Shown piece by piece: positions 11,365 to 20,836 of a stretch of DNA of 64,000 nt. This DNA comes from Burkholderiales bacterium (GTDB lineage: Bacteria; Pseudomonadota; Gammaproteobacteria; Burkholderiales; JAEUOS01), in NCBI GenBank assembly GCA_036498945.1, contig DASYEQ010000008.1, positions 50,923 through 114,922 on the forward strand. Direction: 5' to 3'. Each line of letters opens with the position of its first letter. The stretch's first letter is position 1. The position numbers were made by a program, and so were the translations under genes. The notes beneath the pieces were generated by a model. That model was not told the DNA's origin and searched no databases. It was given only the letters and a program-made list of their open reading frames with translations.

Positions 11365-11435
11365 AAGAATCATCCGACTCTGCCGGTGATTCTTCCCAAA
11401 TTAGCCCGCTCAAAAGTAGGTTTGTGCTTTTGAGC
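11365..11435. repeat. Double-hairpin intergenic element, copy A
   Basis: Hairpin 1 is aagaatca/tgattctt (11365-11394). Hairpin 2 is gctcaaaag-TAGGTTTGTG-cttttgagc (11408-11435). The element aligns with 25572-25644. Confidence 0.7.
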
Positions 11436-11444
11436 AAACGGTTT

Positions 11445-11660
11445 GGTTCCCCGCAAATGCGGTCAGGCCCTCATCCTGAACCTAGGGTTCAGGTCGGCCG
11501 CCTCCAAGGATCGTATCAGGGTCTTGAGCGTGCTGTCAGGGAGCTTTCGCTGTGACACGCAGACGAGACACACAACAACAATCAAACTTTTCAGCAGCCT
11601 AGCATTAAGCTTATTGGTTCAAGGAATGTACAGGCCTTGACCAGCACTGCAGGGAATTCA
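11445..11660 (-). ncRNA. ssrS: 6S RNA
   Basis: It lies directly downstream of zapA, as in many proteobacteria. The 5' UUCCCUGCAGUGCUGGUCAAGGCCU pairs with the 3' AGGGCCUGACCGCAUUUGCGGGGAA to form a long closing stem. A CCUUGAACCAA / GAACCCUAGGUUCAGG pair of motifs resembles the conserved 6S segments. Ends are approximate (+/-10 nt). Confidence 0.75.
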
Positions 11661-11711
11661 TCTTAAGCGAAACCCCTTTGACTCTCGCTTAAGATCACTC
11701 GATCCAGGTGC

Positions 11712-12035
11712 TCAGAACAGCTTTTCCTGACTGGCAAGAGCCTCATCAAGAAGCACATTCATTGCGGTCATTCTACGCTTGTATTCCCCGATGTCAAACC
11801 CGGCGCCAGTCTTCGCGGCGAGCAGTTCGTGCGTGATATTGAGAGCTGCCATTACCGCGATGCGATCGGTGCCGGCGATCTTGCCGCTCTCCTTGATTTC
11901 ACGCATTTTCTTGTCCAGGTAATCGACCGCGGCCATCAGGCTTTCGCGTTCTTCATCCGGGCAGGCGATGCGGTACTGGCGATCCAGAATTGCGACGTCG
12001 ACGTTCTTCACAGTCTTGGCGGGTGCCATGATCAA
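11712..12035 (-). CDS. zapA: Cell division protein ZapA
   Basis: 107 aa; VAILDRQYRIACPDEERESLMAAVDYLDKKMREIK... matches ZapA-family layout. It overlaps the upstream coiled-coil gene by 4 nt. Confidence 0.88.
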   Translation of the reverse strand: MIMAPAKTVKNVDVAILDRQYRIACPDEERESLMAAVDYLDKKMREIKESGKIAGTDRIAVMAALNITHELLAAKTGAGFDIGEYKRRMTAMNVLLDEALASQEKLF

Positions 12036-12235
12036 GCCTCCTCGGGAACGTCGGGCAGGCGCTCGATCAGAGATTCAAGCCGGCCGCGCGCCGCGTTGAC
12101 CTTTTCCTGCAAGGTCTTGTTTTCATTCTCCAGCCGCGTGATGTGCATGCGCAGGTCGCGATTCTCCTCGCGCACCTGCTGTGCCAGCGCCACCAACTGG
12201 GCGAGCTTTTGCTCCAAATTTTCGAGCTCGGTCAT
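12032..12235 (-). CDS. Small coiled-coil protein of the family usually encoded upstream of zapA (ZapB-like)
   Basis: 67 aa, heptad-rich (LENLEQKLAQLVALAQQVREENRDLRMHITRLENENKTLQEKV), translationally coupled to zapA. Confidence 0.75.
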   Translation of the reverse strand: MTELENLEQKLAQLVALAQQVREENRDLRMHITRLENENKTLQEKVNAARGRLESLIERLPDVPEEA

Positions 12236-12394
12236 AGCGAGAAATGGTCAATGAAAAAACCAGCTAAGTCAAGGGAGTATACGTCCTTTTGAAAGTCGAA
12301 TCGGAAAGGTTTTTCTTGAGGTGCAGCATTCGCGCCACAGTAAACGTCAACGCCCTGTTAAAATCCGCCCGTTTCGGTGTCCGGGGCTTGTTCA

Positions 12395-12650
12395 ACGCCC
12401 CGGAAAACGGGAATCAGGAACCGGAAAGACCGCGCCCAAGGCGCCGGCCCCAAGGCAACCTGAGCTGCCCCCGCAACGGTAAGCGCCGCGGATTCGCCTG
12501 TCGAACCGCAGGGCCGGACCACCAGCCACTGCCTTCCCAAGGATTCCTTGGGTGGCGGGAAGGCGTCCGGCCTGTCGGCGTCAGCCCGGATACCGGCCGG
12601 AACGTTCGTGAGTGGCTGCGGAGGGCGGCCGGCGCGTGTCCGGCCGCGCC
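12395..12650 (+). promoter_or_regulatory. Cobalamin (B12) riboswitch leader
   Basis: Core motifs are present in order: AACGGGAAUCAGG, GCUGCCCCCGCAACGGUAAGC, GCCACUG...GGGAAGGC, and the B12 box CAGCCCGGAUACCGGCC. A GC hairpin follows (gcggccgg-cgcgtgt-ccggccgc) before a TonB-dependent receptor gene. Confidence 0.88.
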
Positions 12651-12773
12651 CTTGCTGCCGTACTCCTGCCGTCCAGCATAAAAAATCCTCCGCCCATTCG
12701 TTCGCAACGCAGCAAATCGGGCGAAGCGGGGACGCTGGCCCGGAGGGAGAAAAACTTGTCTTACCCAACCGCA

Positions 12774-14855
12774 ATGCCGCGGACCCGCCTGCTTGGCCTG
12801 GTCCTGGCCCTGCATGGCGTTTACGCCTTCGCGCAATCATCCGGCAGCCAGCCGCCCACGCAAAACAGCGACCTGCCGCCGGTGGTGGTGACCGGCTCGC
12901 GCTTTCCCGAGCAACTCGATCCCACCGCGGCCATCGGCACCACCGTCATCACCGGCCAAGACATCCGCAATAGCGGTGCCATCACCGTCTACGATGCCCT
13001 GCGGCGCCTAGGCGGCGTACAGACCCGCGCCAACCTATCCGGCACGCCCGACGACACCATCGACCTGCGCGGCTTCGGCGTCACCGGCGACCAGAACACC
13101 CTGGTGCTGATCGACGGCGTTCGCGTCTCCGAGAACGAGCTGCAAAGCGCGCGCCTCTCATCCGTGCCGCTGGACAGCATCGACCGCATCGAGATCGTGC
13201 GCGGCAGCGGCGCCGTGCTCTACGGCGGCGGCGCCACCGGCGGGGTGATCAACGTCATCACCAAGAGCGCCCGCGTCGGCAGCAAGAGCCTGAACGCGGG
13301 CGTGCTCGCCGGCAGCTACGGCACCACCAACTACAGCACCGACGGCGCCATCGCCAGCGGCCCCTTGAGCTTCCTCGGCGGCAACTCGGTCGGCCTGGAC
13401 TTCGCCACCAACCAATACGACTCCGACAACTACCGCAAGAACAACGCGGTGGCCCAGCAGAACATCTCCGGGCGCCTGCGCGTCATCGGCAGCAACGGCG
13501 AAGCCGGTGTGCGGGTGGCCTCCGAGCGTACCCATTCGCAGTTGCCGGGCGCACTGTCGATCCAGAACTATCAGAACGATCCGCGCCAGGCCAACACGCC
13601 CAACGACTGGGCCGACACCGACGCCAACCGCTATACCTTCTACGGCAACTACCGCTGGCGCTATGTCGAGATCGCCGCCGATGTCTATCGCCGCGACAAG
13701 GTGGACCGCTTCTACAACGACTTCGGCAGCGGCGGCGGCAGCCAGTTCACCCGCGCCGGTTCCGGTATCGACGGCTTGAGCCCGCGCCTGCGCATCACCG
13801 CGCCGGTCTTCGGGCTGGCCAACCAGCTGGTGCTGGGCTACGACCGTTCGCGCTGGCTGTACACCAACCAGCAGGCCTTCGTCGGGGCCGGCGGCGCCAG
13901 CGAGGGCGACCTCGCCAACGGCAACCTCAGCTCGGACGAGCAAGGCACCCAGCACAACGAGGCCTTTTACTTCAAGGACGACCTCAACATCGGCCCGGTG
14001 CGCCTGACCGCGGGCGCGCGCCGCGAGACCCTCAAGCAGAGCACCTTCAATTCCACCGGCTTTTCCGCTACCGGCTTCACCACCAACGACCGCAAGCTGC
14101 ACGCGGAGGAACTCGGCGTAGCGTGGAATTTCCTCAAGGACTGGACCGTCTACGCCAAGGGTGGCAACAGCTACCGCATCGGCAACATCGACGAAAACCG
14201 CTTCCGCTTTCCCGCGCCCGGTTTCCTGCTGCCGCAGACCTCGCGCGATGCCGAAGCCGGCTTCTCCTATGCCTCGCGCCCGCTGGACGTCGACCTGCGC
14301 TATTTCGAGAGCCGCCTGGAAAACGAGATCATGTTCGTGCCGGCCACGGTGTTTCCCACCAACGGCGCCAACATCAACCTCTCGCCTACCAAGCGCGACG
14401 GCGCTGAACTGACGGCCAAATGGCGTCCGCGCGCCGACTTCGACCTCACCGCCTTCTACACCTACGTGCGTGCGCGCTTTCGCAGCGGCACCTTCGGCGG
14501 CGCCGACATCACCGGCAAGGACGTGCCGCTGGCGCCACGCAACCGTGCCAGCCTGCAGGCGAACTGGCGCATTACCCCGGTGGATGCGGTCAACCTCGGC
14601 TGGCAGTACGTCGGCAACCAGGTCTACGACAACGACCAGGCCAATACCTTCGGTTCGCGCATCCCCGCCTACGCCACCATCGACGCCAAGTACACGCGCA
14701 AGATCGGCAACGTCGACCTGAGCGTGATCGGCACCAACCTGACCAACCGCGGCTACTTTGCCTACGGCGTGATCAGCGGCAGCGGCACCGGCGCCTCCAA
14801 TGTCTACCCGGAACGGCGGCGCGCGATTTTCGTCAGTGCCGCGGCGCATTTCTAG
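12774..14855 (+). CDS. btuB: TonB-dependent receptor, probable cobalamin/corrinoid receptor
   Basis: Signal peptide MPRTRLLGLVLALHGVYAFAQ, plug region with a TonB-box-like DLPPVVVTGSR, a beta-barrel rich in Y/G/N, and a terminal aromatic (…AAAHF). It sits downstream of the B12 riboswitch. The start could instead be the TTG about 18 nt upstream, behind GGAGGGAGA. Confidence 0.85.
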   Translation: MPRTRLLGLVLALHGVYAFAQSSGSQPPTQNSDLPPVVVTGSRFPEQLDPTAAIGTTVITGQDIRNSGAITVYDALRRLGGVQTRANLSGTPDDTIDLRGFGVTGDQNTLVLIDGVRVSENELQSARLSSVPLDSIDRIEIVRGSGAVLYGGGATGGVINVITKSARVGSKSLNAGVLAGSYGTTNYSTDGAIASGPLSFLGGNSVGLDFATNQYDSDNYRKNNAVAQQNISGRLRVIGSNGEAGVRVASERTHSQLPGALSIQNYQNDPRQANTPNDWADTDANRYTFYGNYRWRYVEIAADVYRRDKVDRFYNDFGSGGGSQFTRAGSGIDGLSPRLRITAPVFGLANQLVLGYDRSRWLYTNQQAFVGAGGASEGDLANGNLSSDEQGTQHNEAFYFKDDLNIGPVRLTAGARRETLKQSTFNSTGFSATGFTTNDRKLHAEELGVAWNFLKDWTVYAKGGNSYRIGNIDENRFRFPAPGFLLPQTSRDAEAGFSYASRPLDVDLRYFESRLENEIMFVPATVFPTNGANINLSPTKRDGAELTAKWRPRADFDLTAFYTYVRARFRSGTFGGADITGKDVPLAPRNRASLQANWRITPVDAVNLGWQYVGNQVYDNDQANTFGSRIPAYATIDAKYTRKIGNVDLSVIGTNLTNRGYFAYGVISGSGTGASNVYPERRRAIFVSAAAHF

Positions 14856-14916
14856 CCGCGGATTGACGACGGGACGAGCCTGTTAAAGTCGGGGCCTGAT
14901 TTCCAGCCGATACCGC

Positions 14917-15883
14917 ATGCGCCGTCCCTTGCTGCTCTGGTTTTTGCTTGCCGCGCTCGCGTTGGTGGCCTTCACGCTGGCACTGATGAGTGGCAGCCTG
15001 GCGCTTTCGCCCGCCACGGTGCTGCATGCGCTCGCCGGCGGCGAGCAGGCGGACGTGGTATTGCGCCTGCGCCTGCCGCGCGCGCTCGCCGCCTTCGGCG
15101 TCGGTGGCGCGCTGGCGCTGGCGGGCGCGTTGATGCAGGCGTTGTTGCGCAACGCCCTGGCCGAGCCTTACCTGCTGGGAGCCTCGGGCGGCGCTGCCAT
15201 CGGCGCCTTGCTGGCCATGCTTGCCGGCGCGGCGCTGGCCTGGGTCAACCTCGGCGCGGCCGTGGGTGCGACGGCGGTGATGGGCTTGCTGATGCTGCTG
15301 GCGCGGCGCGACTTCGGTGACGAGATTGCGCCCGGCGGTGCGGTGCGCCTGCTCCTTTCCGGGGTTGCGCTGGCGGCCATCAGCGGCGCGCTGGTGGCCC
15401 TGATCCTGGCGTTGGCGCCGGAGGCGCAGTTGCGTGGCATGCTGTTCTGGCTCCTGGGGGATCTGGCCGGGGTGGACGATAGCCGCGCTGTCTGGCTGGC
15501 GCTGCTCGCCGCCTTCCTGATTGCCTATCCTTGTGCCCGTTCCCTCAATGTGCTCGCGCGCGGCGATGCGCTCGCCGCCTCGCTCGGGGTCAACGTGCGC
15601 GCGTTGCGGCTGACTGCCTTCGGCGCCGCTTCGCTTGCGACAGCGGCGGCGGTGGCCACCGCCGGCACCGTCGGCTTTGTCGGCCTGGTGGCGCCGCACC
15701 TGGTGCGTCTGGTCAGCGGCAATGACCAGCGCGTGCTCCTGCCGGCCTGCGTGCTCACCGGCGGCAGCCTGTTGCTGCTGGCCGATACCCTGGCACGCAC
15801 CGTCGCCGCGCCCCTGCAATTGCCGACCGGGGCGGTGATGTCGCTGGTCGGCGCGCCGCTGTTTCTCGCCTTGCTGTGGAGGG

Positions 15884-15897
<14 letters not shown>
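14917..15897 (+). CDS. FecCD-family ABC permease (BtuC-like)
   Basis: 326 aa, about 9-10 TM, typical FecCD/BtuC sequence. It overlaps the ATPase gene by 14 nt. Confidence 0.88.
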
Positions 15898-16678
<781 letters not shown>

Positions 16679-16690
16679 GTTCAACCAGTC

Positions 16691-17566
16691 TCAGGGGCGG
16701 GTGCGCGCCTGGTCGAACTGGCGGCACAGCATCTCGACGCCATCAAGTACGCGTGGTGAAAGCCGCGTGATCGAATCCGGCGGCAAAAAGAACAAGTTGT
16801 TGCGGCGTACCGCCGTCAGGTGCTGCCAGCGCTTCCAGTCGTCCAGCCAGGGCGGGCGCGACGCGTCGGCGCCGGTGGCGACGATCACCTGCGGGTCGGC
16901 CGCCAGCACGGCTTCGACATCCACGGTCGGCACCAGTGCCGGCAGCGCGCCGAACACGTTCTGGCCGCCGCAGGTGCGGATGGCGTCCGAGATCAGTTGG
17001 CTGCCGTTGACGGTCATCAGGGGCTGGTCCCAGATCTGGAAAAACACCTTGAGCGGCGCCTTGCCGCTGTTCTCGCGCGTGAGAAGCGCGAGGCGCTCGT
17101 CGTATCGCCGGGCCGCCTGCGCCGCCACCGCATCCGTGCCGGCCAGGCGCCCGAGAACGGCGACCGCCGGCCCGATGTCGGCGAGCTTGCCGGGCTGGCT
17201 GTAGAACATCGGCAGGCCAAGACGGTGCAACTGCTCCAGCTGCGCCTGCGCATTGCCGTGGCGCCACACCACGATCAGATCCGGATGCAGTGCAAGAATA
17301 CGTTCCAGGTCCAGGCGCTGGTTGTCGCCGACGCGCGGGATCGCCTTGGCGCCTTCCGGGTAGTCGCTGTACTCGACGGCGCCGACGACCTTGCTCCCCG
17401 CGCCGGCGGCGAACAGCAGCTCGGTGACGTGCGGCGCCAGGCTGACGATGCGCTGCGCCGGGCCGGGGAGCGTGAGCACGTTGCCAGCGTCGTCGCTGAC
17501 GGTGATCGGCGCGGCCTGCGCGGCGGCGCACAGGCAAAACAGCAGCAGGGCGAGCGCGCGCCTCAC
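16691..17566 (-). CDS. btuF: Periplasmic cobalamin-binding protein (BtuF-like, class III SBP)
   Basis: GTG start at 17566 gives the signal peptide VRRALALLLFCLCAAAQAAP. The body (RIVSLAPHVTELLFAAG...DLIVVW) is BtuF/FhuD-like. The GTGA start/stop overlaps cobU. The longer ORF-track N-terminus is rejected. Confidence 0.82.
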   Translation of the reverse strand: MRRALALLLFCLCAAAQAAPITVSDDAGNVLTLPGPAQRIVSLAPHVTELLFAAGAGSKVVGAVEYSDYPEGAKAIPRVGDNQRLDLERILALHPDLIVVWRHGNAQAQLEQLHRLGLPMFYSQPGKLADIGPAVAVLGRLAGTDAVAAQAARRYDERLALLTRENSGKAPLKVFFQIWDQPLMTVNGSQLISDAIRTCGGQNVFGALPALVPTVDVEAVLAADPQVIVATGADASRPPWLDDWKRWQHLTAVRRNNLFFLPPDSITRLSPRVLDGVEMLCRQFDQARTRP

Positions 17567-18111
17567 GCCTTCAGCTCCAGCGGCAGGCCGGCCACCATCA
17601 GGGTCACGCGTTGCGCCTGCGCGGCAACCGCCTGGTTCAGGCGCCCCATTTCGTCGGTGAAAAAGCGCGTCAGCGCGCCCAAAGGCACCACGCCGAAACC
17701 GATCTCGTTGCTCACGCACAAGACCGTGCCGGGCAATCCAGGCAGTGCTTCCAGTAGGGCTGCATGTTCGCGCGCATAAGCGGGTGGCGGCTCAATCACA
17801 CCCTCGGCGGCTTCATGCTCGCGGCCGTCGAAGAGCAGGTTGGTCAGCCACAGCGTCAGGCAATCGACGATTACCAGCCGGCCCGGCGCCGCATGGCGGC
17901 GCAGCGCGCCTGCCAGCTCCAGCGGTGCCTCTGCCGTCTGCCAGTGCGCCGGCCGTTGCGCGCGATGATGCGCGATGCGCGCGCGCATTTCCGCATCCCC
18001 GGCGCGCGCGGTGGCGATGTAGGTGACGGGCGTGCCAGCGGCGATCGCCAGCCGCTCGGCGTGGCCGCTCTTGCCGGAGCGCGCGCCGCCCAGGATGAGG
18101 TGCAGGGACAT
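17563..18111 (-). CDS. cobU: Adenosylcobinamide kinase / adenosylcobinamide-phosphate guanylyltransferase
   Basis: ATG at 18111 gives MSLHLILGGARSGKSGHAE (P-loop); 182 aa, CobU/CobP family. Confidence 0.88.
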   Translation of the reverse strand: MSLHLILGGARSGKSGHAERLAIAAGTPVTYIATARAGDAEMRARIAHHRAQRPAHWQTAEAPLELAGALRRHAAPGRLVIVDCLTLWLTNLLFDGREHEAAEGVIEPPPAYAREHAALLEALPGLPGTVLCVSNEIGFGVVPLGALTRFFTDEMGRLNQAVAAQAQRVTLMVAGLPLELKA

Positions 18112-18183
18112 GGGCGCGATTGTACGGGGCGATGCGCATGCGGGGCTGCGATAATACGTATTTGGATCTGCGTACTTCCCGCC

Positions 18184-18645
18184 ATGTTGATCACCCGCCA
18201 GTTGCTTGACGAAGTTTCCGCCGAAGCTGCCGCCAGCCCGCGCCGGCGCAGGAACCGCAACTTCCACGCCGCCAATGAAGACGCGGCGCACCGCCTGCTC
18301 AATGCCCTGGAGCCGGATTCCTACGTGCTGCCGCATCGCCACCTCGACCCGGGCAAGGACGAGACCATCGTTGCCTTGCGCGGGCGCTTCGGCCTGGTGC
18401 TGTTCGACGAACAAGGCGCCGTGCAAAGCACGGCGGTGCTGGCGGCCGACGGCGCGACGCTTGGCGTGAACATTCCGCACGGCACCTACCACTCGTTGGT
18501 CGCGCTTGAACCGGGCTCGGTGTTTTTCGAGGCCAAGGCCGGGCCCTACGTGGCGGTTACCGATGCCGAGCGCGCCGCCTGGGCGCCGGCCGAGGGCACG
18601 CCGGAGGCGGTGGTTTATCTGGAGCGCATGCGCGGGTTGTTCTAA
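18184..18645 (+). CDS. WbuC-like cupin-fold protein
   Basis: ATG at 18184 (MLITRQLLDEVS...). It carries an HRH motif (YVLPHRHLDPGKDE) and a later H (NIPHGTYHSL), as in small cupins. The upstream part of the ORF-track ORF is antisense to cobU. Confidence 0.7.
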   Translation: MLITRQLLDEVSAEAAASPRRRRNRNFHAANEDAAHRLLNALEPDSYVLPHRHLDPGKDETIVALRGRFGLVLFDEQGAVQSTAVLAADGATLGVNIPHGTYHSLVALEPGSVFFEAKAGPYVAVTDAERAAWAPAEGTPEAVVYLERMRGLF

Positions 18646-18935
18646 CCGTCGGCGCGCACGTGAAAGCCGGCGAAGGGGCCTTGGTTGCCTTCACCGCCTT
18701 CGTTTTCCTGGACCCGGTCGACGCGCGCGTGCGGCGGCCCGTGATGGGCCCAGGCAGCGAGATCGTCCGCCGCCTTTTGCGTTCCCTGCACCACGGCTTC
18801 CACGCTGCCGTCGCGGCAGTTGCGCACCCAGCCCTTCAGCCCCAGCTGCTGCGCCATGGCGACCAGCGAAGCGCGATAACCCACGCCCTGCACGCGGCCG
18901 GTGATGCGCAGATGGCGGGTGACGGCATCGCTCAT
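18642..18935 (-). CDS. acyP: Acylphosphatase
   Basis: 97 aa; the ITGRVQGVGYRASL and GWVRNCRDGSVEAVVQG motifs are diagnostic. The start is the ATG at 18935. Confidence 0.88.
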   Translation of the reverse strand: MSDAVTRHLRITGRVQGVGYRASLVAMAQQLGLKGWVRNCRDGSVEAVVQGTQKAADDLAAWAHHGPPHARVDRVQENEGGEGNQGPFAGFHVRADG

Positions 18936-18949
18936 GAATTGGTATCTTT

Positions 18950-20641
18950 CTACGGGGAAGATCTTGCATCGGAAGACGGGGCCGGCGCAAGCGCGGCGGC
19001 GCGCGCCAGGCCGGCGGCCAGCGTCGGCTGCAGGTTGTCCGCACCGAGTTCGAGCAGGTAGCCGGTGCGGGTGATGATGGAGCGCGGCTGCTCGCCGGTG
19101 TCGCAGAGAATCAGTTGCGCGCCACGCTTTTCCAGTGCGCGGCGTAGCACTTCGAGGGTTTCCAGGCCGGTGGTGTCGATGTTGAGCACGTGATGCAGGT
19201 CCAGCACCATGGCGTGGAGGCCGGTTTCGCTGTCCAGGTCGAGCAGGGCCTCGATCTTGCCGACCGCGCCGAAGAACAGCGAGCCGTACAGGCGCCAGGC
19301 GCGCACACCGGACGGAACGGCCGCGTTCGTTACCGCCTCGATGCGCGTCAGGCTGGAAATGCGGTAGATGAAAAACAGACAGGCGAGGACCAGGCCCACT
19401 TCCACCGCCACCGTGAGGTCGAACACCACCGTGAGAAAGAAGGTGGCCAGGAGAGTGGTGCGATAGGTCATGTTGTAGCGGCGCAGGCGCGCGAATTCGC
19501 GCCATTCGCCCATGTTCCAGGCGACGAACACCAGGATGGCGGAGAGCACCGCGAGCGGCACGCTTTTGGCCAGCGGCGCGGCGACCAGCACGATCGCCAG
19601 CAAGGTCAGCGCGTGGATGATGCCCGCCAGCGGCGAGCGCGCGCCGGTGCGCACGTTGACGGTGGTGCGGGCGATGGTGCCGGTGGCGGGAATGCCGGCG
19701 AAAAACGGCGCGATGAAATTGGCGATACCCTGGGCCATCAGTTCCTGGTTCGGGTCGTGGCGGTCCTCGATCATGCCGTCGGCCACGCGTGCGCAGAGCA
19801 GGGACTCGATGGCGCCGAGCAGGGCCACCGTGATCGCGGGACCGACCAGGTGGCGGGCCTTTTCCCAGTCGAAATCAGGCAATGCAAACGCTGGCAGGCC
19901 TTGCGGAATGCCGCCGAACTTGCTGCCGATGGTTTCCAGTGGCAGGTGGAAGAGGGCGGTGGCGGCGGTGGCAAGCACCAGGGCGATGATGCTGCCGGGC
20001 AGGCGCGCCAGCACCGCCGCGGCACGGTTGTCGCGTCCCAGCGTCGCCACCAGGCGCGGCCACGCCACGATCAGCGCCAGCGACACCAGGCTGACGGTGA
20101 GTGTCATGCCGTGCACGGTATCAATGTTCTCGAAGATCGCGGAGGTGGCGCCGAAAAAATCCGCCGGCATGCTTTTTATTTTCATGCCGAGGAAGTCCTT
20201 CACCTGCGAGAGCATGATCAGCACTGCGATGCCGTTGGTGAAGCCGAGAATGATGGCCACCGGGATGAAGCGGATCAGCGAGCCGATGCGCGTCAGCCCC
20301 ATCACGAACTGCAGCACGCCCGCCATGATGGTGGCAATCAGCAGGTTCGCCAGGCCGTATTGCTGGATGATGCCGTAGACGATGACGATGAAGGCGCCCG
20401 CCGGCCCGCCGATCTGCACGCGCGAACCGCCCAGCGCAGAGATGAGGAAGCCGGCGATGATGGCGGTGAAGATGCCGGCTTCCGGCACGGTGCCTGAGGC
20501 AATCGCGAAGGCCATCGCCAGCGGCAGGGCGACGATGCCCACGGTGATGCCGGCGATCAGGTCGCCCGACAACTGCGCGCGGTCGTACGCGCGCAGGCTC
20601 TTCAACAGGTAAGGTTTGAAAGGATGTAAGGGGAATGCCAT
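18950..20641 (-). CDS. SulP-family anion permease with C-terminal STAS domain
   Basis: 563 aa with a polytopic N-terminal SLC26/SulP core and a C-terminal STAS domain (…VLDLHHVLNIDTTGLETLEVLRRALEKRGAQLILC). Confidence 0.9.
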   Translation of the reverse strand: MAFPLHPFKPYLLKSLRAYDRAQLSGDLIAGITVGIVALPLAMAFAIASGTVPEAGIFTAIIAGFLISALGGSRVQIGGPAGAFIVIVYGIIQQYGLANLLIATIMAGVLQFVMGLTRIGSLIRFIPVAIILGFTNGIAVLIMLSQVKDFLGMKIKSMPADFFGATSAIFENIDTVHGMTLTVSLVSLALIVAWPRLVATLGRDNRAAAVLARLPGSIIALVLATAATALFHLPLETIGSKFGGIPQGLPAFALPDFDWEKARHLVGPAITVALLGAIESLLCARVADGMIEDRHDPNQELMAQGIANFIAPFFAGIPATGTIARTTVNVRTGARSPLAGIIHALTLLAIVLVAAPLAKSVPLAVLSAILVFVAWNMGEWREFARLRRYNMTYRTTLLATFFLTVVFDLTVAVEVGLVLACLFFIYRISSLTRIEAVTNAAVPSGVRAWRLYGSLFFGAVGKIEALLDLDSETGLHAMVLDLHHVLNIDTTGLETLEVLRRALEKRGAQLILCDTGEQPRSIITRTGYLLELGADNLQPTLAAGLARAAALAPAPSSDARSSP

Positions 20642-20836
20642 GGCGGCTCCTCGCAGCGAATGTGCGGGCCGGCCGGATGGCAGGCCCGAACTACGCCGGC
20701 TGGGGAGGGCCGCAGTGGTGCACGCGCACGATGAACTGCCGCCGCCGCGTAATGCGGCTGGGCAGTTCGATCAGGCGGGCGAGGGAGAACATGGCGAGAA
20801 GTCAGTATCCGGGGTGGAAACGGGGGTGGAACCCCC

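Noticed and set aside
12289-12973. ORFs 12289-12681(+), 12358-12840(-), 12414-12836(-) and 12548-12973(+), and the 12612 start of the receptor ORF.
   Set aside because: They lie inside the cobalamin riboswitch leader. The receptor has a proper signal peptide starting at 12774.
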